A stretch of DNA of 64,000 bases from Promethearchaeota archaeon. Its GTDB lineage: Archaea > Asgardarchaeota > Lokiarchaeia > Sigyniarchaeales > SOKP01. Shown piece after piece: positions 28,520 to 37,926 of the stretch. The notes beneath the pieces are model-generated. The model made no database searches and was not told the DNA's origin. It saw nothing but the letters and a program-made list of their open reading frames with translations. How positions within the stretch are numbered: position 1 is the stretch's first letter; each line of letters begins with the position of its first letter. Both the position numbers and the translations under genes were made by a program. Location: positions 128,001 to 192,000 of the forward strand of contig JBHLOY010000003.1 in assembly GCA_048939995.1 (NCBI GenBank), read 5' to 3'.

Positions 28520-30430
28520 ATGAGTTCTGAGCAAGAATTACAAAGAATCAAAAATGAGATTGTCCAAAATTTACCCGATGATATAAAAGTCCAGAAAATC
28601 GAATTTGAAGGTCCTGAAATTGCGGTTTATTCAGAAAACTCGAATCTTGATATGATCGAAGGCTCTGATGTTTTGAAAGATTTAGCAAAAACTATGAGAA
28701 AAAGAGTTGTATTTCGATGGAATGTTGAGAAACGTAAGGAACCTTCAGAAACTGAAGAATATATTAGAAACTTGGTTGGTGAAGAAGCAGAAATAACGAA
28801 TATAGAGTTCGATCATACTCGCGGGGAAGTGATAATTGAGTCTGTAAAACCCGGTCTCGTTATAGGAAAAAAAGGTGTAAATCTAAAAGAAATCCGAGTT
28901 AATACCTTTTGGCAACCTAAAACTATTCGGACCCCTCCCTTAACATCAAAAACAATTCAACTTATTAGAGGAATGTTAACAAGGGAACGCCAAAGCCAAA
29001 AGGACATTCTCTTAAGAATAGGAAGGAGAATACATAGACCAATTCTTTTCAAGGATTTAGATATTAGACTGACAGCTTTAGGTGGGTTTAGAGAAGTAGG
29101 AAGATCCTGTATTTTAATGCAAACAAGAGATAGCAATATATTACTTGATGTTGGATTAAATGTGGGGAATAATAATGACAAATTTCCTTATTTTGATATC
29201 CCTGAATTTTCTCTACGCGATCTTGATGCTGTTATTATATCCCATGCTCACTTGGATCATTGCGGTATGGTCCCATTTCTTTATAAATATGGTTATCGTG
29301 GCCCTGTATATTGTACTTTGCCAACTCGCAATTTAGCTACTATGCTACAATTAGATTATATTCAAATAGCAGAAAAAGAAGGCACAACCCCTCCATATTC
29401 TAGAAGAGATGTTAAGACTGCAGTATTACACACTATCCCTCTATCATGGGGAAAGGTCACTGATATAGCACCAGATATAAAGCTTACGCTTCATAATTCC
29501 GGGCATATCCTTGGTTCTTCAATAATACATCTCCATTTCGGTAAGGGCGGTTTTAACTTCATTTACACGGGCGACATGAAGTATCAGAAAACTAGGTTGC
29601 TCGAAAAGGCGAATGTGAAGTTTCCACGCGTGGAAGCTCTACTTATCGAGGCAACTTACGGTGGTCCTCAAGATCGGATTCCAAGTCGCCAAGATTCTGA
29701 GAAAGAGCTAAGACAGATTCTCATAAGTACTCTCAATCGCGGAGGAAAAGTTTTAATTCCTGTGTTAGCGGTAGGTCGTGCACAAGAACTAATTATAGTG
29801 CTCGAAGAGCTTATATCGAAGGGTCTCATTGATCGCGTCCCCATATTTTTAGACGGCTTAATTGCAGAGGCAACTGCCATCCATACGGCTCATCCTGACT
29901 ATTTGAGCTCAGATTTGAGAGAAAAGATCCTCCATCAAGGAAAGAACCCCTTTCTAAGTGATTTTTTCACGACAATCAGCACTCCTGAAGAAAGAATGGA
30001 TGTAATAAGGGGTGGTCCTTGTATAATTCTCGCAACCAGTGGTATGTTAATCGGGGGTCCTTCAGTACAATATTTGCGGTCCTTAGCAGAAGATAAAAAT
30101 AATTCCTTGATTTTTGTCTCATATCAGGTTAATGGGACATTAGGAAGCCGAATACAAAAGGGATTTCGGGAATTCCAGTATGTTGATGATAGAGGTAGAA
30201 CACAACTCGTACGATTAAACTTGAGTGTATTTACATTAGAGGGCTTTAGCGGGCACTCATCTCGCAGCCAGATTTCGCAATTTTTAAGGAGAATTCAGCC
30301 ACGACCAAAAGTAGTGATCACCAATCACGGAGAGGAAAGCAAGTGTGTGAGCTTATCGACGATGATCCATAAAAAGTTGCGGAAGGCTACCAAAAGTCCC
30401 AAAAATAGAGAGACTATTCTATTAAAGTAG
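28520..30430 (+). CDS. fttA: aCPSF1/FttA beta-CASP ribonuclease with N-terminal KH domains (transcription termination factor)
   Basis: KH GLVIGKKG, GGFREVGRS, SHAHLDH, GHILGS, GFSGHS and NHGE motifs; 636 aa. Confidence 0.95.
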   Translation: MSSEQELQRIKNEIVQNLPDDIKVQKIEFEGPEIAVYSENSNLDMIEGSDVLKDLAKTMRKRVVFRWNVEKRKEPSETEEYIRNLVGEEAEITNIEFDHTRGEVIIESVKPGLVIGKKGVNLKEIRVNTFWQPKTIRTPPLTSKTIQLIRGMLTRERQSQKDILLRIGRRIHRPILFKDLDIRLTALGGFREVGRSCILMQTRDSNILLDVGLNVGNNNDKFPYFDIPEFSLRDLDAVIISHAHLDHCGMVPFLYKYGYRGPVYCTLPTRNLATMLQLDYIQIAEKEGTTPPYSRRDVKTAVLHTIPLSWGKVTDIAPDIKLTLHNSGHILGSSIIHLHFGKGGFNFIYTGDMKYQKTRLLEKANVKFPRVEALLIEATYGGPQDRIPSRQDSEKELRQILISTLNRGGKVLIPVLAVGRAQELIIVLEELISKGLIDRVPIFLDGLIAEATAIHTAHPDYLSSDLREKILHQGKNPFLSDFFTTISTPEERMDVIRGGPCIILATSGMLIGGPSVQYLRSLAEDKNNSLIFVSYQVNGTLGSRIQKGFREFQYVDDRGRTQLVRLNLSVFTLEGFSGHSSRSQISQFLRRIQPRPKVVITNHGEESKCVSLSTMIHKKLRKATKSPKNRETILLK

Positions 30431-30551
30431 AATTTAAAACATTTTTCTGATCATGAGAAGCTTAATACCTTAAAAATATCTCTATTTTATTTTCTGTGAA
30501 GAATTAATTTTTTTAAATACCAATTATTTATTAATTTAAAATCTTCCTTAA

Positions 30552-31508
30552 GTGGTACTTTTGGTGTTTAGAAATTTCAAAATAAAAAATCATCTCACTA
30601 CATTAATTAGACGGATTGTTCAGATCGTAGCCTTTCTATTAGTAAATTTAATTATCCTCGAATTCGTCTTTTCGATTAACCTTATAGGATTAGAAGGCAT
30701 CCTAAAAGTACTTCCAATTTTGAATTCACCAAGAAATCCTCTTTCAGAAGGTGCAGGTATTCTTGAATATATATTTTATAGTATGGCAAGTGGTGTTTTT
30801 CCTTTCTTACTTATTGCGATCTTTTTATTAATCTTACTCTTTACAAATAGATTTTTTTGTGGTTGGATATGTCCTATTGGGTCAATACAAGATGTATGTG
30901 CAGCTATTCCCGTGAAGAAAAAGCCAATTAAGCCAAAAACTCATAAAACTTTACTAAACATAAAGTATGTATTTATTATTTTGTTAGTTATCCTTATTGT
31001 TCCTCTTGGAATTACAAAAGTAACTAATATTGTTGCTTATGAAGATTTTCGAGAACAATTAGGTTTATTTGCCCAAAAACCCATAGGTTTTTTTTCCCTT
31101 TCAGAATACATTTTTGTGTTTTTTCCACAGATGATTACTGAAATCTTTTTATCTGGTGGATTACAGCCTCTTTTTGCTAATCTTGGTGGATTTATTATCT
31201 TTATCTATTACTTAATAATTATTGTCCTTTCAACACGATATCCAAGATTCTATTGCCGATATCTCTGTCCTTTTGCTGCGGTTTCTTCGGTTGTAACTGA
31301 TTTTTCCTTTTTGAAATTATCAAGGAATCCCGTTAGATGCGTAGGAAGATCTGAATGTGGAGAATGTGAAAGAGTTTGTCCAAAACAAATTCGAATGCTA
31401 GATGAGCCTTTTGAGTTTTTTACGGGTAGAGGAGAGTGTAATCTTTGCTTAAAATGTAAAGAAACTTGCCCCTATGACGCAATTAATTTAAAGTTTGGTA
31501 CGTTTTAA
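30552..31508 (+). CDS. Membrane-bound 4Fe-4S protein (NapH/MauN/YccM-like)
   Basis: RFFCGWICPIG and RFYCRYLCP motifs, two C-terminal ferredoxin motifs, TM helices. Confidence 0.85.
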   Translation: MVLLVFRNFKIKNHLTTLIRRIVQIVAFLLVNLIILEFVFSINLIGLEGILKVLPILNSPRNPLSEGAGILEYIFYSMASGVFPFLLIAIFLLILLFTNRFFCGWICPIGSIQDVCAAIPVKKKPIKPKTHKTLLNIKYVFIILLVILIVPLGITKVTNIVAYEDFREQLGLFAQKPIGFFSLSEYIFVFFPQMITEIFLSGGLQPLFANLGGFIIFIYYLIIIVLSTRYPRFYCRYLCPFAAVSSVVTDFSFLKLSRNPVRCVGRSECGECERVCPKQIRMLDEPFEFFTGRGECNLCLKCKETCPYDAINLKFGTF

Positions 31509-31571
31509 TGAATTTGATTTTTAGTACTATGAATTTATATTTTAAGAAAGATATCTTTTTGGTAAACAAAT

Positions 31572-32789
31572 ATGGATTCTAATAATATTGAGAACTTAAA
31601 ACTGCGGATGCGTAAAGATACAGAAGTCGGTATTCATGGTATACTAAATTCCCGAGCTTTAAGATATTATGATGAAGAGGAGGACGATAATGATGATATT
31701 CGCCCCCCATTTTTTAGGGATGTCGATCGGATTGTTCATTCGAAAGCTTATGCCCGTTATATAGATAAAACTCAAGTATTTTTTGAAATAAATAACGCCA
31801 ACATTACTCATAGATCTTTACATGTAATACTTGTTTCTAGGGTAGCCCGCCAAATTGGTAGAGTCTTAAGATTAAATAATGATCTGATAGAGGCTTGTGC
31901 TCTTGCTCATGATATTGGGCATACTTGTTATGGACATATTGGAGAACAAATATTAGATGATATCAGTAAACGTGAAAAAATTGGTTCTTTTAATCATAAT
32001 TCCCAAGGAATCAGATGGGTTTTTTATCTTGAAAAAAGGTTCCCTAAGCTTCCTGCAAAAGGTTTAAATTTGACTCTACAAGTTCTAGATGGGATATTAT
32101 CTCATGATGGTGAAATAAATGAGAGAGAATTAAAACCAAAAAAGATTAATGGCAAGACTTGGGATGACTTTTTTATCGAATACAAGGACAGTTTTAATGA
32201 AAATAAGATTAAAAGGATTCCAATGTCTTATGAAGGTATTGCAGTAAGATTTGCTGATTCAATTTCATATATCGGTAGAGATATTGAAGATGCAATCCTC
32301 CTGAAATTTATTAAGAGAGAGGAAATTCCTCAATTATGCAAAAAGATACTGGGAGACACGAATCGAAAAATTATGAAGACTTTAATTATGGATCTCCTTG
32401 AATATAGTTTAAAAAATAATACTATTGGATATAGTGAAAAGGTATTTAACGCTTTGAAGGAATTAAAGCGTTTTAATTATGAAAAGATTTACAATAGACG
32501 AGATTACTTTAAACTACATAATGATTCAAAAAAACCATACATTGAGATGTTGAAAGAGAAGTTTGAATCAATATGGAGTAAATCTTTACAACATTTAGAA
32601 GAGGAAAATTATGATGCTCCAATTTTTAAAGATCATATTGAATATATTGATGATCGAGAATATTCTACTTACTATGTCCCCTTAAAAAACAAGAATAAAC
32701 TCCCATTGATTGTCAGAGATTATATTGCTGGGATGTCAGATAAATATTTTGCTCAGATTTATGAGTTATTAATGAAATCCTCCTGTTAG
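31572..32789 (+). CDS. dgt: HD-domain deoxynucleoside triphosphate triphosphohydrolase (dGTPase-like)
   Basis: RDVDRIVHS..Y....KTQVF, HDIGH..YGH.GE, ADSISY...DIEDA and DYIAGMSD motifs. Confidence 0.85.
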   Translation: MDSNNIENLKLRMRKDTEVGIHGILNSRALRYYDEEEDDNDDIRPPFFRDVDRIVHSKAYARYIDKTQVFFEINNANITHRSLHVILVSRVARQIGRVLRLNNDLIEACALAHDIGHTCYGHIGEQILDDISKREKIGSFNHNSQGIRWVFYLEKRFPKLPAKGLNLTLQVLDGILSHDGEINERELKPKKINGKTWDDFFIEYKDSFNENKIKRIPMSYEGIAVRFADSISYIGRDIEDAILLKFIKREEIPQLCKKILGDTNRKIMKTLIMDLLEYSLKNNTIGYSEKVFNALKELKRFNYEKIYNRRDYFKLHNDSKKPYIEMLKEKFESIWSKSLQHLEEENYDAPIFKDHIEYIDDREYSTYYVPLKNKNKLPLIVRDYIAGMSDKYFAQIYELLMKSSC

Positions 32790-32839
32790 AATCAATAAGG
32801 TTTATAATTTCAAACTTTGAATAATTGAATAAAACAAGG

Positions 32840-32994
32840 TTGGATTACACGGGAGGATAATAAGAATTTTTTATACGGGGTTTTTTTGTTTCAGTTTCCC
32901 TAGGTAATTGAATATCAAATACCTACACGGGGTTTAAAAAATAGTTTTTTTAAAACTTTTTAGTATATCCTCCGATAATGTTTGTGTAATCCAA
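32840..32994. repeat. Nested inverted-repeat element with three TA(C/T)ACGGG direct repeats
   Basis: Arms TTGGATTACAC/GTGTAATCCAA and GGAGGATA/TATCCTCC; central TAGGTA..TTGA-ATA-TCAA..TACCTA hairpin. Confidence 0.65.
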
Positions 32995-33152
32995 TAAATT
33001 ATAAAATCATTCTATAATAAAAATCTATCTTTAATTAATTTAATATAAAACCTAAAAATTGTATAATTGAATAAACTATATGTAGGATAGAAAGGAAAGT
33101 AAGATTTTTTAGAAATTAAGTATTATTATTAATTAATTCTTTTCCTTACTAT

Positions 33153-33256
33153 AGCCCGGTAGTGTAGTGGCCAAGCATTTGGGACTCTGAATCCCGAGAT
33201 TCAGAGCAACTTTACACTCTGAAAGGGATACCACGGTTCGAATCCGTGCCGGGCTA
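33153..33256 (+). tRNA. tRNA-Gln(CTG) with a 31-nt intron in the variable loop (~33199..33229)
   Basis: Acceptor AGCCCGG/CCGGGCT, anticodon arm TGGGA-CTCTGAA-TCCCG, T arm CACGG-TTCGAAT-CCGTG. Removing 31 nt gives a 73-nt tRNA with variable loop AGAC. Confidence 0.88.
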
Positions 33257-33273
33257 TTATTTCTAAACTCTTA

Positions 33274-33636
33274 TCAACCAGTTCTTTTTATAATATGGTA
33301 ACCGAATTTAGATTTTACTGGTGTAGAGATTTCTCCTACTCTCAATTGAATGCAAGCATTCCAAAACTCTGGAACCATAGCTCCCTTAAAAAATTCTCCT
33401 AAATTTCCACCTTTTTTCTTGCTAGAACATAATGAATAATTTCGTGCAAGATTTTCAAAATTTTTTCCTGATTGTAAATCTTCATAGATTTCTTGTGCCT
33501 TAGTATATTTTTCGACTAGAATATGGCTAGCTTTAATTTTGCCACCTCGAATAGGATCACCAAGTTTATTTGATTTCTCTTCTGCTTTTTTCTTATGAAA
33601 TTCCTTACCATATTTATTTTTGCCCATATTTATCAT
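33274..33636 (-). CDS. Parvulin-type peptidyl-prolyl isomerase with basic N-terminal extension
   Basis: ASHILV, FENLARNYS, GGNLG.F..G.MVPEF and PVKSKFGYHII motifs. Confidence 0.92.
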   Translation of the reverse strand: MINMGKNKYGKEFHKKKAEEKSNKLGDPIRGGKIKASHILVEKYTKAQEIYEDLQSGKNFENLARNYSLCSSKKKGGNLGEFFKGAMVPEFWNACIQLRVGEISTPVKSKFGYHIIKRTG

Positions 33637-33655
33637 CTATATATTTAAAAATTAA

Positions 33656-34774
33656 TTACTCAATCCCTTTTTCAGCTCTTCTTAATTCAGCTCTTTTATC
33701 CATAATTTTAAAGTATAACTCTGTGGTATTTTTTGGAGGAACATATTCCTCTTCTTTCTTACTAAGCATCAGAGCTTGTTCTGGACACGTTGGAACACAA
33801 TTACCACAACCAATGCACAATTCTCGATTTAAAATCGCATTATTATCATTTATTTGAATTGCCTGCATTTGACAACGATTAACACATAGTTCACAGCCAA
33901 TACATAAATCAGAGTTGACTTTAGCATAATAATTTGAATATATTAGCTCCCAAGGTTTTTCTAGTTTCTTTAGATTTGTAATTAAATCACAGCAACATCC
34001 ACAACAACAGCAGATAAAACTAGGATTTCTTACATTACCCGGTTGGATTATTAAACCTTCTTCTTGTACTTTCTTAAAAATAGCTATTGCTTCTTCTTTA
34101 TTAATGACACGACCCCAGCCCAAGTCGAGGGCATGATTAACTGAATCATTTAAAATAAAACACAATTCCCTCATATCAGATTGCTTACAAGGTTTTCCAA
34201 TAAGATCTTTACCCTTTCTGCAAATACATTCCATTACTAAAATTCTTTCAGCATCATTAATGATTTCTCTTAATTGATCATAAGTAGCAATATTATGTTC
34301 TGGCGTGACACTTTCTTCAATGGGGATCGTCCTTAATTGATTTATTTTGGTTATCGTAACCTCATCTCGATAAGCCTCATCCATGTATTGTTCAAAATCT
34401 TCATAATATTGTTTTTTAAGTCGATTTTGTTGATACTCAAACATACCAACAGCCAAAAATGCGTTTTGATATAGTTTTATGGCTTTATCCCCTTCTTTTA
34501 CCCTCTTAATACGTATTCCTCCCTTTTCATATATATTATATAGAAGCCTTTCTAATTCTTCAACAGAATTTACTTTTTTCTTAACCCTGCGATATATTTT
34601 TTCTATTGACTCGGGAATAAATCTCAAATTTATAGCAATCTCTGCTTCTTGAGGAGTAAATACATACTCTAATAAGCGCAACTCAACACCTGATTCAGTA
34701 GCAGGATAACCAATAGGTAATTTGTCAAGATGTTGTTGAAGTTTGCGGTAAATATTTAAATTTTTATTGGTCAA
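33656..34774 (-). CDS. 4Fe-4S dicluster protein with Cys-rich central domain
   Basis: CICR...C...C and ICCCCGCCC motifs; two CxxCxxCxxxC motifs. Confidence 0.85.
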   Translation of the reverse strand: MTNKNLNIYRKLQQHLDKLPIGYPATESGVELRLLEYVFTPQEAEIAINLRFIPESIEKIYRRVKKKVNSVEELERLLYNIYEKGGIRIKRVKEGDKAIKLYQNAFLAVGMFEYQQNRLKKQYYEDFEQYMDEAYRDEVTITKINQLRTIPIEESVTPEHNIATYDQLREIINDAERILVMECICRKGKDLIGKPCKQSDMRELCFILNDSVNHALDLGWGRVINKEEAIAIFKKVQEEGLIIQPGNVRNPSFICCCCGCCCDLITNLKKLEKPWELIYSNYYAKVNSDLCIGCELCVNRCQMQAIQINDNNAILNRELCIGCGNCVPTCPEQALMLSKKEEEYVPPKNTTELYFKIMDKRAELRRAEKGIE

Positions 34775-34880
34775 GGTTCAAATGATTTGATCAATTCTGA
34801 ATTAAGGATAAAAAATTAGAATTTACTTTAAATTTAATTCTTATTATAAAAAATGATAATTGAATTGTTTGCTATGGAAT

Positions 34881-35303
34881 TTAATTAATGATAAGGTATC
34901 GAAAGTTCTTTAATTCCTTTATCCCGTTGATTTCCACAACAAATTCTTGAAAAGTTTGAACTTCTCCTTCGAAAATAATAAAATTAATCACATTTTCTCC
35001 TTGAAAATGCTGATTTTTACTTACTATTTGATCATTATACTCTGATTCAATCTTATTCAATTTCTTTTGAGCATTTGAATCCAGTGGAGCAACAATTATC
35101 AAATTTCCTAACACATTTTTAGCTGATGGGTTGATATCACCTAAAGATTCCAAGTTTGAAATTTCCATTGTTGACATTAGACGTAAGAGTGCATCTCTAA
35201 TTAACTTAGATTTATTTTCATACTGATTCTTTCTTACCAATTTATTAATAAATTCACGAAGTTGTTCATTTATACTAATGCTTATAATTGGTATCTTACA
35301 CAC
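34881..35303 (-). CDS. Ribbon-helix-helix (CopG/NikR-like) regulator with ACT-like C-domain
   Basis: IISISINEQL...YENKSKLIRDAL RHH signature. Confidence 0.75.
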   Translation of the reverse strand: MCKIPIISISINEQLREFINKLVRKNQYENKSKLIRDALLRLMSTMEISNLESLGDINPSAKNVLGNLIIVAPLDSNAQKKLNKIESEYNDQIVSKNQHFQGENVINFIIFEGEVQTFQEFVVEINGIKELKNFRYLIIN

Positions 35304-35403
35304 CTGACTGAACAGAGTTTTTATTTAATAATAATAAGAAGTAATTGAATATATAAATATTTATAAAAAAATTATGTTATAGGAAAGCTCACAAACTATT
35401 TTA

Positions 35404-37770
35404 TTATAATTTTATGGCTCGAGCGATAACATTTTTAAACTTTTCAACATCTTGTACCAATGTATCTGCATCAGCATCGCTAATTTTATCATCCTTTCCA
35501 TAATTGTTGAGTTGAGTCAACCAAAATTCAATTCTACCTAATATTGCTTCTTTATCTCCTAAAATTTTCCTTAACCGAATGAAAGTGTCATGCAATTTAT
35601 TTCTTATATTTTGAGCTTTCCACCTTAGCATACAATAATCCGAGACTTCGGCAAGATTTTGCGTGATAGCCATTACGTCGATAGTTTTCTCTCTTTCTTC
35701 AGATTTAATCTTTCTGATAATATTAATCTCTTCAAACAATAATTCGATGATCCTTGCCAAGAATCCTGTCAATTGCGAAGCATTACTACACCAAACACGA
35801 ACCTCAAGAGATTGACTCCCTTCTGAGACATATATTCTTGTTATAATTCTTCCTCCCGTTATTTTGGCTTCTGAACAAAACCATGCTTCAGCTTCATAGT
35901 TTCCTTTAGCATCTGTTCCCTCGTGAGATGTTACTGCACTAGTCTCAAAATTTTTTAAGGTTCTAATGGCAGCTCGATAGGCTAATCGAGGATCTAAATC
36001 AGCAATTAAAAAAGCACGAGCATCATTGGGTAATGTCTGAATTGCTATTTGGCAATCCTCAATTGAAGTAAGAGATGTACAAACTAATGGACATTTAATT
36101 TGTACTTCTTTTTTTCTTACATGGATGGTATGGGATTCGCCTGTAGCATCTTTGTATATAACAGTCCCTCCAATATTAGATATACCACAATTCTTGGGCT
36201 CTAAGAAAAAATCAACACCTCTACTGTTTTTTGCTTCAATAACTGGAATAGTAATTAGAGGTTGCTTAACTTTAAAGCTTGAAGGAGGGTCTAATATGAC
36301 TTTTACATTGTTAATTGCCATATTACTATTATTTCTTACTGCTATTTTCATATGAACTTGACCTCCCTCGAAATCATAATCTCTTACTACTTCAATATCA
36401 CCCTCAGAAACTTTTTTAGTTTCTTTTTGTATCGCATCCTTCGGTATTTCTGTTCTGCTAACACTGTAAGCTACAAAGAGTCGTTTATGCATATCAATAT
36501 ATCCATCAATATCTCCCTTACCTATTAATTGAGCTAGATTTTCCTCAATACTTGATTCAGTGACTCCCAATCTATTAGATAATTCTCTTAAAGGCATTGT
36601 TCTATATGCTTTTGCAAATTCTTTAATTTTACTTTCTAAATATTTGTTTGTCATGAATTCTCTTCTCTGTGTAAAAATACCCCGTACTTCTCCGGATTTG
36701 ATGAGTTCATGAAGATTCTTTCTAGCTAGTTCGACAGCGATTTTTAAGTCCTCTGCTAGTTTAGAGAGTTCAAATAAACCTTTCTCTTTAGAATATGATT
36801 TAATATCCCTATAAATTTGTTCAGAGCTAATAACTTCATTACCGCGATCAGCGAAATACGCATTAACTGCATTTGTTCTCATTAAATTAACAGCAAATGA
36901 TTTCACAAGATCAACAGGAATTGTAAATAACTTTGCTAAATTCTTTAACGAAATTCGTCCTTTTGTATTAATCTCTTTAATTAAATTATCCATTATGTAC
37001 TTTTGAGTATAATATAACTTTTTGTTTTGTGAAAATGATCCTCTAATTTGAAACTGGCTTATTAGCTTATATATAACCTTTAAAGCAATTTCAGAACTCA
37101 TATCTAGCATAACAGCTAAATCAGCTACTTTTAAATTACCATCATTCTGAATATTTGCTAATATTTTTTCCCTCATTTCAGAGGATATATAGTAAAACAT
37201 TTGTGTTTGTTGATCAATTATTCCATAAATACGTTCTTCATCCACGTATTTATTAATTAATTTAATCATCTGTTGAGCTGAAAGGTTAAACGCATTAGTA
37301 ATAGTTGAGAAATTTGTAACGTGAGATCTTTTCAACAACTCTAAGAAGCAATTTGGACAAACCTCTTTTCCAACAATATGCTTTAGACCTCTACGACATA
37401 ATAATAATTTATAACCACGAATTAAATTATATTTACTAGCTTCTCTAGCTAATTGTTCTTTTGTTGGAAAGAATAAACCTGGAGTTTTTAAATAAGAATT
37501 CCATCCACATTCAGGATTTATACATTCCAGATAATATTGTCCAGAAGATAATCTTTCTAATTTTAAAAGAGAGCCACATTCTGGACATCGACTATTTTCT
37601 ACAACTGTGCATCTAAAACTTTTTTCTGCTGCACTCGCCTTTGAATACACATGATCATGTTTTTTACAAATCCAATTCTCGGTGGTAGCCATATGATTGA
37701 TGCAAAAGCTAGATCTGCATCTCTCACATGTATATTCTATTTTTTTAGAATCACAGAATAAACAATTCAT
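35404..37770 (-). CDS. Multidomain protein: Zn fingers, tandem winged-helix/PCI repeats, C-terminal Ig-like (adaptin-ear-like) and platform domains
   Basis: CxxC..CxxC...FCxxH, CPECG..C...C; repeats of GRISLKNLA type; PCI-like ELSNRLGV...LIGKGDIDGYID; beta-rich KIAVRNNS...NVKVIL...GTVIYKD segment. Confidence 0.7.
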   Translation of the reverse strand: MNCLFCDSKKIEYTCERCRSSFCINHMATTENWICKKHDHVYSKASAAEKSFRCTVVENSRCPECGSLLKLERLSSGQYYLECINPECGWNSYLKTPGLFFPTKEQLAREASKYNLIRGYKLLLCRRGLKHIVGKEVCPNCFLELLKRSHVTNFSTITNAFNLSAQQMIKLINKYVDEERIYGIIDQQTQMFYYISSEMREKILANIQNDGNLKVADLAVMLDMSSEIALKVIYKLISQFQIRGSFSQNKKLYYTQKYIMDNLIKEINTKGRISLKNLAKLFTIPVDLVKSFAVNLMRTNAVNAYFADRGNEVISSEQIYRDIKSYSKEKGLFELSKLAEDLKIAVELARKNLHELIKSGEVRGIFTQRREFMTNKYLESKIKEFAKAYRTMPLRELSNRLGVTESSIEENLAQLIGKGDIDGYIDMHKRLFVAYSVSRTEIPKDAIQKETKKVSEGDIEVVRDYDFEGGQVHMKIAVRNNSNMAINNVKVILDPPSSFKVKQPLITIPVIEAKNSRGVDFFLEPKNCGISNIGGTVIYKDATGESHTIHVRKKEVQIKCPLVCTSLTSIEDCQIAIQTLPNDARAFLIADLDPRLAYRAAIRTLKNFETSAVTSHEGTDAKGNYEAEAWFCSEAKITGGRIITRIYVSEGSQSLEVRVWCSNASQLTGFLARIIELLFEEINIIRKIKSEEREKTIDVMAITQNLAEVSDYCMLRWKAQNIRNKLHDTFIRLRKILGDKEAILGRIEFWLTQLNNYGKDDKISDADADTLVQDVEKFKNVIARAIKL

Positions 37771-37926
37771 TGTTTGATATTCATCCTTAGTTAATTAGAT
37801 AGCGAATTTGGTTATAATATATATAAAAATACTAATATAAATTATTAACATAGACCAACTGTTGATTTTAAATTATTGATAAATTTTTAACTTTTTTATT
37901 AATCTGAATTGGTTTTATCTGTTTAG

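Noticed and set aside
32821-33075. CRISPR array or tRNA-associated integrated element (att site)
   Set aside because: The repeats are short (8-11 bp), irregularly spaced and partly inverted. No cas or integrase gene and no duplicated tRNA 3' end were seen in the window.
33197-33231. Long variable arm suggesting a tRNA-Sec/Ser/Leu-type or suppressor tRNA
   Set aside because: 35 nt is too long, the body has Gln identity (A1-U72, CUG anticodon), and removing 31 nt restores a normal tRNA.
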